The notes under the pieces are model-generated. The model worked only from the letters and a program-made list of their open reading frames with translations, did no database searches and was not told the DNA's origin. Position numbers and translations under genes: made by a program. Positions 20,680 to 30,237 of a stretch of DNA of 64,000 nucleotides are shown in pieces (the first letter of the stretch is position 1; the number at the start of each line of letters is the position of its first letter). Source of the DNA: Candidatus Hermodarchaeota archaeon (lineage in GTDB: Archaea; Asgardarchaeota; Lokiarchaeia; Sigyniarchaeales; SOKP01); assembly GCA_048885525.1 (NCBI GenBank), contig JBHLLP010000007.1:32001-96000 (forward strand), in the 5' to 3' direction.

Positions 20680-21678
20680 ATGAAATATTATTCAAATATT
20701 TTAAAATTAATTGGTAGGACCCCTTTAGTTAGGATTAATAAAAGTAATCCGAATCCAAATGTGTTAATGTTAGCAAAATTAGAGAAATATAATCCCTCTG
20801 GGTCTGTTAAAGACAGAATAGCAATTTCAATGATAGAAGAAGCCGAGAAAGAGGGAATATTAACACCAGAAAAAGTTATAATTGAACCAACTAGTGGAAA
20901 TACGGGAATAGGGTTATCTTTAGTTTGTGCAGCAAAAGGTTACCCATTAGAAATAGTTATGCCTGAAACAATGTCAGTAGAAAGGCGTAAAATTATGACT
21001 GCTTATGGTGCGAAAATAACATTAACTCCAGGAGATAAAGGAATGGATGGAACTCAAGATTATGTGGAAGAAGTGGTAAAAAAAAATTCAGATAGATATT
21101 TCTTTCCTAATCAATATGCCAATAAGAATAATCCTTTAGCCCATTATAGATATACAGCTGAAGAAATTATAGACGATACAGATGGAGAAATAGATGTGTT
21201 TATAGCAGGATTAGGTACTTCAGGTACATTAATGGGTGTATCTAAAAGATTAAAGGAATATAACCCTAAGGTTAAAATTATTGCAGTCGAACCTGAGAGT
21301 GAGACACCTATTCAAGGATTAAAGAATTTAGAGGTTTCATATGTACCCAAAATTTATGATGAATCTCTAATAGATGAGAAAGTTTATGTGAAAGAGGAAG
21401 ATGCTGAACATGCTTCTCGGATGCTTTCTCTGCAAGAAGGTATTTTTACAGGAATAAGTTCTGGTGCAGCAATGCATGTAGCAATAAACACTGCTATTAA
21501 GATGAAATCTGGAACCCTCGTTGTTCTTTTACCAGATGGAGGAGAAAAATATATTAGCCACCCAATTTTCTATCCAGAGAAATGTCTTGAATGTACAAAA
21601 AAATGTAAGATTATGACCTTATGGGATGATAAATATATTGCTTCGATTTCGGAATGGTGGCAAAGTAGAGATAAATAA
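20680..21678 (+). CDS. Cysteine synthase (CysK/CysM family, PLP-dependent)
   Basis: IGRTPLV, NPSGSVKDR (PLP Lys), EPTSGNTG, GLGTSGT, GISSGA, PDGGEKY. Confidence 0.92.
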   Translation: MKYYSNILKLIGRTPLVRINKSNPNPNVLMLAKLEKYNPSGSVKDRIAISMIEEAEKEGILTPEKVIIEPTSGNTGIGLSLVCAAKGYPLEIVMPETMSVERRKIMTAYGAKITLTPGDKGMDGTQDYVEEVVKKNSDRYFFPNQYANKNNPLAHYRYTAEEIIDDTDGEIDVFIAGLGTSGTLMGVSKRLKEYNPKVKIIAVEPESETPIQGLKNLEVSYVPKIYDESLIDEKVYVKEEDAEHASRMLSLQEGIFTGISSGAAMHVAINTAIKMKSGTLVVLLPDGGEKYISHPIFYPEKCLECTKKCKIMTLWDDKYIASISEWWQSRDK

Positions 21679-21697
21679 ATCTATTATATTAGGTTTT

Positions 21698-22996
21698 TTA
21701 TTCTCCTTTTTTTTTCAATTTCAGCCATAATTCTAAAAATACAAAAATTAATAGACCAATTAGACATAATAAAGCACCAATTAAGAAAGATATTTGATAT
21801 GCAAATACTTTACTCTTACCTTGACTTATTAAGAAATCAATCAATGGTCCAGATATAAGTGTTGAAGCTGTTCCCCATGATAGAAAGAAAGTTGTATTAT
21901 ATACAGCAAATAGTTTTGCTCGTATTTTTACTGGGATAAGTATCGATGCAATAGCATAAGAAGCAGCATATATTATAACTTCAGCTGCACCTAATAAAAA
22001 ACCTCCAAGAAACATAAAGCCTAAGACGTCTGCTAATGCTGTTATTATTAAGGCAATAATCCCTATAGAAGTTCCTAATATTAGCGCCCTAGCATATCCT
22101 ATTTTTTTACTCAAAAATCCTGCTGTAAATCCTATCATCATTAATGCAACTGAGCGTGTATTAGTTATAAAACTCAACATAATACTATCTACATTAAATC
22201 CTGAATCTAAAGAAAGGTATTGAGAATAGGGTACAGCTATGCTATTTCTCCCAAAATTAATAAAAATTAATGCTATAATAAATACAATAAATTTTATTAT
22301 GTTATCTCCATTTTTTGTTTCTACTTTTGATAAGTTCTCCTTATTCTGTAAATCTGTATCAATTCCACCTTCTGGTGTAAAAAACATTGGTATCGTTGAA
22401 ATAAACATTACAAAAGAAGCTACAATAAAAAGGGGTCCGTTTCTAAATCCATAACCTGAATCATATAAAAATCCACCAATGAAAATCCCAATAATACGCC
22501 CTAAACCACCAAGACTAGTTAATTGTCCCATAATTTTACTTCTTTTTTCAGAGGGATATAAATCACTAATCAAGGCACTCCAACCTATATTAGACATCGA
22601 CCAAAACATTTCAATGAGACTAAGGCCTATTATAATCACCCATCCAGCTATTAGAAAATTATTAAAAATAGAATGAACACCCCAAACAGTAATAGTACCT
22701 ATTCCCGCTAAAATTTCTCCACAAATTATTAGAGTTCTTCGACGCTGGAATTTATCACTTATCGGTCCCCAAACAAAATTCTGAAATATGACACTTATAA
22801 ACATGGGAATACTGGCATAGAGTGATGTCATTGTAACAGATAAATTTAAGAATTCTCTCATATAGATCGATAAAAAGGTATAGAAAAGTCCTCTTCTAAA
22901 CATGGCTAACATTTGAAATGATGACAATCCAGAAAAGATTCTTAATGATGTTTTAGACGATTCGTTTTCAAGCAATTTTACCATAATAACGGTCAA
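21698..22996 (-). CDS. MFS transporter
   Basis: About 12 TM helices; MFS motif A WGPISDKFQRR and its second-half copy GFLSKKIG. Confidence 0.88.
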   Translation of the reverse strand: MTVIMVKLLENESSKTSLRIFSGLSSFQMLAMFRRGLFYTFLSIYMREFLNLSVTMTSLYASIPMFISVIFQNFVWGPISDKFQRRRTLIICGEILAGIGTITVWGVHSIFNNFLIAGWVIIIGLSLIEMFWSMSNIGWSALISDLYPSEKRSKIMGQLTSLGGLGRIIGIFIGGFLYDSGYGFRNGPLFIVASFVMFISTIPMFFTPEGGIDTDLQNKENLSKVETKNGDNIIKFIVFIIALIFINFGRNSIAVPYSQYLSLDSGFNVDSIMLSFITNTRSVALMMIGFTAGFLSKKIGYARALILGTSIGIIALIITALADVLGFMFLGGFLLGAAEVIIYAASYAIASILIPVKIRAKLFAVYNTTFFLSWGTASTLISGPLIDFLISQGKSKVFAYQISFLIGALLCLIGLLIFVFLELWLKLKKKGE

Positions 22997-23131
22997 TATA
23001 TATTTATATGTAATTAAAAGAAATGCTTTTTCTAAACTTTTCTAAAGATTTAAACTTAGAGTAAATTTTTTTGGCAATTCAGATGAAATATTTTAAAAAG
23101 TAAAGGAATAAAGCAATGCATTTAGGATTTT

Positions 23132-25609
23132 TTAGGGTTTTAAAGAATTAGGTTTTTCGATTGCCTTAATCCAAGTATCTAACTGCTTTAATAATTTCTG
23201 TGTATTAGGTATCTGACTTACCTGTTCGGAATATAAGGGATAATATTTGTATAAGTTATTTAACATTTCTAGTAAAGATTTTTGACTTTTTGTGTGATTT
23301 GGCATGTCTTTTTTTAATTGAAAGAGATTTCTTTTTTCTCTCTTCGATTTTAGGGCTTTTATTAAGTTTTTAACAACAATTATTCTAAAAGTGGAATATT
23401 CCTCAGGTCTAAAATGTGCTAAGGAAAAATTCATACTGTCATCAGAAAAAGGAAAAAATATAATTTTCTTATCCTCCGGTTCCTCTGGATTGTCAATTAA
23501 TGAAAATTCTAGGTCTGAATTACTTATTTTTTCTAAAATTAGATAGAATTCACCAGGAGTAACTTTAGTAACACGTTCAATTTGATTTGAAATTTCAGAA
23601 ATAGGAAAATTAAATTCTGGTGTTTTTTCAGGATTCTCTAATCTATAAAGATATTCTTTTTTAATTATTTGCATAATTTGGTTTTCTATATCTTTAGCAC
23701 GTCCTTCTGAAGTAAAAGAAATTTGAGTTTCCTTTAATTTTTTTTTAAGTTTTTCTTTATCTCTTTGTTTTTTATTATAATCAGAAGCTAAAGATGAAAT
23801 AAAACTATCAGTAGGTCGATCAGTTGTTTCACCTTTAATTAATCTACTAGTTTTACTCTTCTTCTCTACAGCTGTTTCATATAATCTTTCACTTAAGTAC
23901 CTCCTAGCTTTCTGTTGAGCCACATATTTTTTCTCAAAACGTTCAGTTACCGAAACAAAATCAATTATTTTCACACGCTTGCCTAGATCTTGTTTTTCTT
24001 CCCTTATTACAATATCCATGTCTTTCTTTACTAATTTATCCAACCTATCATAAACATTTCTTTTTGATAATTGAGTTGCTTTTATAAGCTCCCGTTCAAT
24101 TATGTTAATTGGGTAAGCTTCACCCCTTCTGATATATTCATTCCTTATTATTTTATAAATCTTATCCATGTTTCTCTCTTCTTCACTAACGGTCTCTTTC
24201 TGTAATCTCATAAACATCGAGGTTTCGTGAGGCTTTATATAATATACTAATAATGTGCTGCCTAGGAAAAAGATCATAAGCACTGATATAATATATTTAT
24301 CCCACATTAAAATTACACCAATATCAGATATTATCTGATTTGGTATTTCACTTGCTAGAGAGAAACGTGTCAATGTTTGAGCAAATACACAAGCTAGACA
24401 TAATAAAATTAAGCCATCTTTTTTGAAGATAAAAATACGCCAACCAAGGGTTTTACCTAATTTCTTAACTATTCGATACAAAAAATACATTGATATGATG
24501 AATTCGAATACAAAAATGTATGAAACACCGGAGACTGTTGCGCCAGTTTTTGATTTGAAAGCAGAAATAGTCTCATCTTGAAGCAGCATATAAATACTAA
24601 TTTGCAAAATTTGAAAGAAAAAAATAAAGAAAATAATCAACGCAAAAGTTAAATTATCAAAAGTACCTGCTCTTTTAGTTTCAGCTCTTCTTCTTGTAGA
24701 CACATATTCAAAGATAATGAATACTAATGTCATTACTAAACTAAAATATATTAAAGGCATGATCCTTCTCATTTCTAAATTATATACTGCAACAGCACTG
24801 CTCGGATCACTATCTCCAAAAAAATCTAAAGATAACCATACCAAGAAACTCCTATAAAATAAAGAAATTACTACAAGCACACCAAGTATTATAAAAGGAA
24901 TTATAATTGCCAAAAGATATCTAGGAATTGAATACTTTTTAATAAATCTTGCTTCTATTTTAGTTGAGAATTTTCTTGAATAAATATAAAATCTACTACT
25001 CAATAAGACCAACCAAATCATCGCTAGAGTCAATAAATAGCTTATTAAGTTGAAAGTTGTGCCAATATATAGAAAGAGAATAAAAATTAATACGATAAGC
25101 CCACAATATATTACCAATTGTTTAATAGCATGATTTTTTTCAAAAATGAAGATTCTAACTTTATCAATACTGAGTAATATGGATAAAATTAGAAAAAAAG
25201 CCACTAACGTATTTGAAAATGCAAAAGGATTTCCAAACGTTATGAAATTAACCCATTGCCCTGGAAAGTTAATTGCTACAATTAAAACTAAAGAATATAT
25301 AATAAATAGTGCATATAATCCAAAAAACCTTTTTTCGAAACTATATGATTTTGGTTCGTTTCCATCAATATAAACTTCTTGATGGACTATCTTATCATAA
25401 AAACTAGTTTTAAGTTTGGATTTTAAAGCATTGAGTTTCATTCCTTGTCTTGAGGAAAACTTATTAACCTTATGCTTAACACCTCTTTTTCCCAGTTTTG
25501 AGGTTTTCGGAAGTTTTAATGATTTAAATTTATCTTTCTTTTTCTTAGTTACTGTTTTATCTTCAGACATGTTTGACTTTTTTGAAGAATTAGAATGCTC
25601 GTCAGACAT
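23132..25609 (-). CDS. Large polytopic membrane protein with a Lys-rich N-terminus and a C-terminal cytosolic domain
   Basis: 825-aa ORF with about 10-11 hydrophobic helices followed by ~360 soluble residues containing two related wHTH-like segments. Confidence 0.75.
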   Translation of the reverse strand: MSDEHSNSSKKSNMSEDKTVTKKKKDKFKSLKLPKTSKLGKRGVKHKVNKFSSRQGMKLNALKSKLKTSFYDKIVHQEVYIDGNEPKSYSFEKRFFGLYALFIIYSLVLIVAINFPGQWVNFITFGNPFAFSNTLVAFFLILSILLSIDKVRIFIFEKNHAIKQLVIYCGLIVLIFILFLYIGTTFNLISYLLTLAMIWLVLLSSRFYIYSRKFSTKIEARFIKKYSIPRYLLAIIIPFIILGVLVVISLFYRSFLVWLSLDFFGDSDPSSAVAVYNLEMRRIMPLIYFSLVMTLVFIIFEYVSTRRRAETKRAGTFDNLTFALIIFFIFFFQILQISIYMLLQDETISAFKSKTGATVSGVSYIFVFEFIISMYFLYRIVKKLGKTLGWRIFIFKKDGLILLCLACVFAQTLTRFSLASEIPNQIISDIGVILMWDKYIISVLMIFFLGSTLLVYYIKPHETSMFMRLQKETVSEEERNMDKIYKIIRNEYIRRGEAYPINIIERELIKATQLSKRNVYDRLDKLVKKDMDIVIREEKQDLGKRVKIIDFVSVTERFEKKYVAQQKARRYLSERLYETAVEKKSKTSRLIKGETTDRPTDSFISSLASDYNKKQRDKEKLKKKLKETQISFTSEGRAKDIENQIMQIIKKEYLYRLENPEKTPEFNFPISEISNQIERVTKVTPGEFYLILEKISNSDLEFSLIDNPEEPEDKKIIFFPFSDDSMNFSLAHFRPEEYSTFRIIVVKNLIKALKSKREKRNLFQLKKDMPNHTKSQKSLLEMLNNLYKYYPLYSEQVSQIPNTQKLLKQLDTWIKAIEKPNSLKP

Positions 25610-25686
25610 TTTTTTAATAAAAAATTATTATAATTATATGTGTATATGAGAACTTTTAAAATTTCATAAAAGAAGAGGTTGTATTT

Positions 25687-25899
25687 ATAACAACAATTAA
25701 ACTTAACATAATATCTCCAGTTTGTAGAACCGATAAAATATTGATATTTCCAACATCTCCTATTTTAGAAGGAAAAGAAAAATTAACATCCATTTTTATT
25801 CATAAAGGCTTGGTATTTAATCATCAATTTCAATTTTTAATAGATAAGGAATTTAAAATTCAAAGATATCAGATTATAGACCAAAATGAAATTGATTAA
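25687..25899 (+). pseudogene. Small ORF with an ATA start or lost ATG (degenerate Zn-binding-type domain)
   Basis: Stop-free frame ITTIKLNIISPVCRTDKILIFPTSPILEGKEKLTSIFIHKGLVFNHQFQFLIDKEFKIQRYQIIDQNEID*. SD-like GAGGT at 25675-25679 lies 7 nt before ATA; there is no ATG or GTG in frame. Confidence 0.5.
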
Positions 25900-25987
25900 A
25901 TTAATATTTATTATAATTCAATTTCTAAATGTAAATTTTAAAAATATTCGGATATAAAATTAAATATAGTCATTACACTTTGTTACT

Positions 25988-26272
25988 TTGAATATGGAAA
26001 ATAAACAATTAGAAAGCAGAGAAAGTCTGATTAGGTTAGTAAAGAAAGCTATTGAATTACTTTGTGAAAAAAATATCTCAAATGTTGTTATTCTCTCATC
26101 TTATAAAATTAATTCTGTTTTGAAAGAAAGTTACGGAGTCGATATCAAGGTTGACAAAATCGGTCGAATTTTAAGCAAAGTTGCTAAATTAAATGAATTG
26201 AAAAGGCTCAGTACGAATATTCCTAAATATAAGTTACAAATTTCAAAAGTTTCGAGTTTGCAGTTCTTTTAA
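25988..26272 (+). CDS. Small basic hypothetical protein (possible winged helix)
   Basis: 94-aa ORF; helix pattern SSYKINSVLKE..KIGRILSKVA followed by a beta-hairpin-like PKYKL. Confidence 0.6.
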   Translation: MNMENKQLESRESLIRLVKKAIELLCEKNISNVVILSSYKINSVLKESYGVDIKVDKIGRILSKVAKLNELKRLSTNIPKYKLQISKVSSLQFF

Positions 26273-26274
26273 AC

Positions 26275-27654
26275 TTATTTTTGAGTTAAATTTCGAAATT
26301 CAGTAATAGTCTTTTGGAGCTTTTCTAATAAATCCTTTACTTGACTGTTGAATTCTTTTAATGGAATCATTTCAGTGTTCAATTTTTCAATCTTCTCATC
26401 AATTTTTGACTGGAATGGTGCTATTGAATTCTTTATCTTCTTTTCTATACCTTGAGATAAATAATTTAGTCGATCATCCATATTTGTTATATAAGATTTG
26501 AGATTTTCCATTTTTTCTTCGAATTCTGAATTTACTTGAAAACTGTTTTCAACTTTTCCCTTCAATAAATATATTAAATTTTCAAGTTTAGTTTTAATTT
26601 CTAGGAAATTATCACCAATGAGATTTTTTAAATTACTTAAAAGTTCATTTTTGGTATCGGAAACACTTTTTGTGAGTTCTTTATTGCGAAGAACACGTGA
26701 GTTGACATAATTAAAAACACTCTTTTTAAACTCATTTGCTGTATCATTCAAAGTCTTATTAAACCAATTATCTACTTTAATTAGCCCCAATGATATCGCT
26801 TCATTCATTTTATTCACTGCTTTATTTATATATTCAGATCCTTTAGAAGTTCCTTGATCTATGTCTTTAATCCATTCTCCCATTTGATTTTTGGTTATCG
26901 CTATAAGCATTTCGGAGAGTTTCTCTGTTCCATCTTGAAAACCTGAATCTAGGGATGTCAAATCTAGAATTTTATCAAGTTCTCCTTCAATAGTCTGGGT
27001 ATCTTCAGAGATTGGGATTTCTTGTAAATCACTTGGAATTGGTTCAACAAATTCATTTATTTCTTTAATAAGAATTGGATTCCTTTTCTGAAAGTCTTCT
27101 GAGAATTTTTGAATCCATTTAAAATACTCTAATGAATTAGGTATTTCAACTTCAAAAGGTACAATATGATATTCGTCAGGTTTCATATAGGCATCTAATC
27201 TAAAAGCTTCAAATCCCAGACCTCCATCTTTGCCCATTAGTGTATGATCAAATACTATACAAAAACCATTTGGAAAATTTTCATTTTGAAAGTATTGAAT
27301 ATTCTTTAAATCACTTTCTGAGAGATATAACCCCCAGGAAGGATGAGAATGGTAATATCCTATTAACTCTGTTGAGTATTTTTTCCCAATCTGAGTAAGT
27401 AATTCATATATATCTTTATCGAATCCAATTTCTACTTTATCTCCATGAATTAGGGGTATCGCATTTTCCATAATGAGTTTATCAGTAGATGAATCATATT
27501 TTCCAATGCAGACTCCCAATACTTCGATACTTTTTTCTAATGCGTTATTACCAAAACGTAAAACATGAGTAAGCATATTTCTGAAAGCTTCTTTTTTAAT
27601 GAAAATATCTTTTTCTTTCTGATTTGATTTTTCCTTTGGTTGATTTTCATTCAA
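26275..27654 (-). CDS. MPN+/JAMM metalloprotease domain with a long C-terminal coiled coil
   Basis: EVLGVCIG ... GYYHSHPSWGLYLSESD (H-x-H-x7-S-x2-D intact); heptad-rich C-terminal ~230 aa. Confidence 0.88.
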   Translation of the reverse strand: MNENQPKEKSNQKEKDIFIKKEAFRNMLTHVLRFGNNALEKSIEVLGVCIGKYDSSTDKLIMENAIPLIHGDKVEIGFDKDIYELLTQIGKKYSTELIGYYHSHPSWGLYLSESDLKNIQYFQNENFPNGFCIVFDHTLMGKDGGLGFEAFRLDAYMKPDEYHIVPFEVEIPNSLEYFKWIQKFSEDFQKRNPILIKEINEFVEPIPSDLQEIPISEDTQTIEGELDKILDLTSLDSGFQDGTEKLSEMLIAITKNQMGEWIKDIDQGTSKGSEYINKAVNKMNEAISLGLIKVDNWFNKTLNDTANEFKKSVFNYVNSRVLRNKELTKSVSDTKNELLSNLKNLIGDNFLEIKTKLENLIYLLKGKVENSFQVNSEFEEKMENLKSYITNMDDRLNYLSQGIEKKIKNSIAPFQSKIDEKIEKLNTEMIPLKEFNSQVKDLLEKLQKTITEFRNLTQK

Positions 27655-27660
27655 TTATTC

Positions 27661-29127
27661 TTATCCCTCTTTTTTATCTAATTTTTCTATCTTATCTAAT
27701 AGCTCTTGATTTTTGCTTTTTAATTCTGCAATGGTTTTTTGAAGATTTTTAATTTCAATTTCTTGTGTGTCTAATTTATGCTTCAGCGGTGTTTTTGAGT
27801 TCTCTAATAAAATTATAGCAGCCTTTAAATCTGATAGAAAATTTTTAGCTTCTTTATTTTGATTGATAAAATTTCCAATAACCTTATTGGTATTTTTTAT
27901 AAAATTACTGGACATTCCTTCCATACCGTTATTTAAAATCTCTATAATTTCGTTTTCCATTAAATTAAAATTCTCTACTAAACTTTTTAAAATAAGTTTT
28001 TGCTCATCCAAACTTTCAGAGAATTTTAGGGCTGTAGAATTTACTTCTGATAATTTAGTTATTTGTTCATTAAATTGAAGCACAAAATTATTAATACTTT
28101 TCAGTAGTTCTTCTTTTAGAATTAATTTGAATTGTTGATTGAGTTCAGACTCGATATCTTTAAAGATGCTTTTAAAAGATTCTTGATCTGAATCAAATTC
28201 CTCGAATTTATCATCAATGTACATATCTAATTCATTTAATTTTTCTTTTAATGAAAATTTATAATCTTTTTGTAGCTTAGAAATCCCTTCACTTAGTTTG
28301 TTTTTTATAGCAATCAAATCTTTTCTCAATAGTAAATTTTTCTCAACAATATTCCGGATCATATTTTCACTCCACGAATTAAGTAATAAGATTAGCGGTG
28401 CGACGGATAACTCCAAGAATTTTGTTAAGGCAGTATTGATTGTAGAGAGAATTCTAGTAGAGTCTAAATCAGGCTTCTTTGCTAAAATCTGACTTTCACT
28501 TGGAAATGTGATATCTCCAAACAAATCGGGCATTTCATTTATTTCTAATATGGGGGGTTCTTTAGAGTGAACACAATTTATTAATTCAATTAATTTTAAA
28601 TAATATTCAATACTATCTGGGGGCTCAATAATTGTTTTTACTTCATGATAACCAGACATTTGTCCTTTTGCTGGATTATCTAATCTAAAGGTACGAAATC
28701 CTAAATCCCCGGGAGTTTCTAGATGTGCGTGGTCGAAAACAATTCCAACCGCACTTGGATTAGGAGTTTGCCACCCTAATTGGTTTCTTATATCCGTAGA
28801 TGAGAAGAATATATCTAATCCGGGGTGAGAATGATACCATCCACAACTAAACCAACCTTTTTCTGAATACTCAGCATCCACCATAGAAAATGTTACATAA
28901 TCCTCTGGGGCAAAAGCAACTTCAATTGCACCCCCATGTGAAATAGGAATAGCATCTTCGATTATAACATCTCTAATTCCTTTCTTATCTGGTTCACCCT
29001 CTAGATGACCAATGATTATTCCCATTACTTCTTTATACTGCTTTCGATCTCTTGCTTTATTTCCAAACCGGAGGACATGTATAAGCATTTTATAATAAGC
29101 TTCTGATTTAATAATAACAAAGCTCAA
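27661..29127 (-). CDS. MPN+/JAMM (Rpn11/CSN5-like) domain with a long C-terminal coiled coil
   Basis: AYYKMLIH, EVMGIIIG, GWYHSHPGLDIFFSSTDIRNQ, VGIVFD, FRTFRL; coiled-coil tail. Confidence 0.9.
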   Translation of the reverse strand: MSFVIIKSEAYYKMLIHVLRFGNKARDRKQYKEVMGIIIGHLEGEPDKKGIRDVIIEDAIPISHGGAIEVAFAPEDYVTFSMVDAEYSEKGWFSCGWYHSHPGLDIFFSSTDIRNQLGWQTPNPSAVGIVFDHAHLETPGDLGFRTFRLDNPAKGQMSGYHEVKTIIEPPDSIEYYLKLIELINCVHSKEPPILEINEMPDLFGDITFPSESQILAKKPDLDSTRILSTINTALTKFLELSVAPLILLLNSWSENMIRNIVEKNLLLRKDLIAIKNKLSEGISKLQKDYKFSLKEKLNELDMYIDDKFEEFDSDQESFKSIFKDIESELNQQFKLILKEELLKSINNFVLQFNEQITKLSEVNSTALKFSESLDEQKLILKSLVENFNLMENEIIEILNNGMEGMSSNFIKNTNKVIGNFINQNKEAKNFLSDLKAAIILLENSKTPLKHKLDTQEIEIKNLQKTIAELKSKNQELLDKIEKLDKKEG

Positions 29128-29352
29128 TTAGAATCACCATTTATATATTAGATTTAGTTTGTTAATGATCTATATATAGTTTAATTGGTTTTAAATATTT
29201 GAATAAAAATTGAAAATTAAATCTATTCTTTTAATTTATTCTCTGTTCTATTTTCTTTTTCAGAATAGACTTTAATTATACTTTCTTATTCTCTTAGTAT
29301 TTTTAAATCAAATAATAAATAAAGCCAGAAACAGAAATTTTTCTTTAAATTA

Positions 29353-30012
29353 TCATTCATGTGGTAATGGTTTTCCACAATAAGGACAGAATTTAAATCC
29401 TAAATCTTTACCACAATGTGGGCAAAAAGAACCTTCTGAGCTCACTGGGGCTTTTTCTTCAACACCTTCTTTTGGTATTGAAGGTAATTGTCGTGATGTC
29501 TTTAAGGTTGATACTGATGAGTCTGTATTGGTAGTTGGTACTTGTTTAGCTCTTACTCTCTCTTTAAAAGCTTGTCTTCTCTCTTCTTCACGTTCTTCTT
29601 GAGATTTCGTTCCTTCTGTCTTTACCCACCCTTGCGCTTGAGGTCTTTTTAATTCACTTTGAGGAACTTTTGCTAACTCTACTTCTTTTGTTTCTGAAAT
29701 AGGTGCTACTACTTTTCTTTCTTCCTTCTTCTTTAATGCTTGTTTAACAAGAGCCTGAGTTGTTTTCATTACTTGATGGGGATTAATATTAGGGATTGCC
29801 ACGGTTCTAAGAACCCAGCCTACAATAATATTCTGGTTTGGGAAATCGCCATCGACATCTTCATCCTTGAAAATATAGGAATCTATTACATCTCTTCCTT
29901 TTATTAAGCGCACTGCCCATTTTTCGTTTATTTCTCCTAATTGGATTCTATATGAGGTACCAGGTACTCCTAACTCGCTTGTAAGCGGAATAAAGCCTTT
30001 TTCAGTCAACAT
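29353..30012 (-). CDS. Hypothetical protein with a C-terminal double zinc ribbon
   Basis: Globular N-terminus, charged low-complexity linker, FCPHCG...FCPYCG. Confidence 0.8.
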   Translation of the reverse strand: MLTEKGFIPLTSELGVPGTSYRIQLGEINEKWAVRLIKGRDVIDSYIFKDEDVDGDFPNQNIIVGWVLRTVAIPNINPHQVMKTTQALVKQALKKKEERKVVAPISETKEVELAKVPQSELKRPQAQGWVKTEGTKSQEEREEERRQAFKERVRAKQVPTTNTDSSVSTLKTSRQLPSIPKEGVEEKAPVSSEGSFCPHCGKDLGFKFCPYCGKPLPHE

Positions 30013-30237
30013 TATTCACTTTTTGTATATAAGTAATATGATTTAAGTAATATATTAATGATAAATTTCGAATTTAAAATATTATTTATTTATAGTAAAA
30101 ATTTATGCGAATGTTATAAATTTTTTCTGAAGGATTAACTTGATAGGCTAAAAATTGGTTGAATTCTAAAATTTTGATCATAAGATTAAAAACACATAAA
30201 TACAAATTTTTCTATTACTTTGTAAAAAACCATTAAA

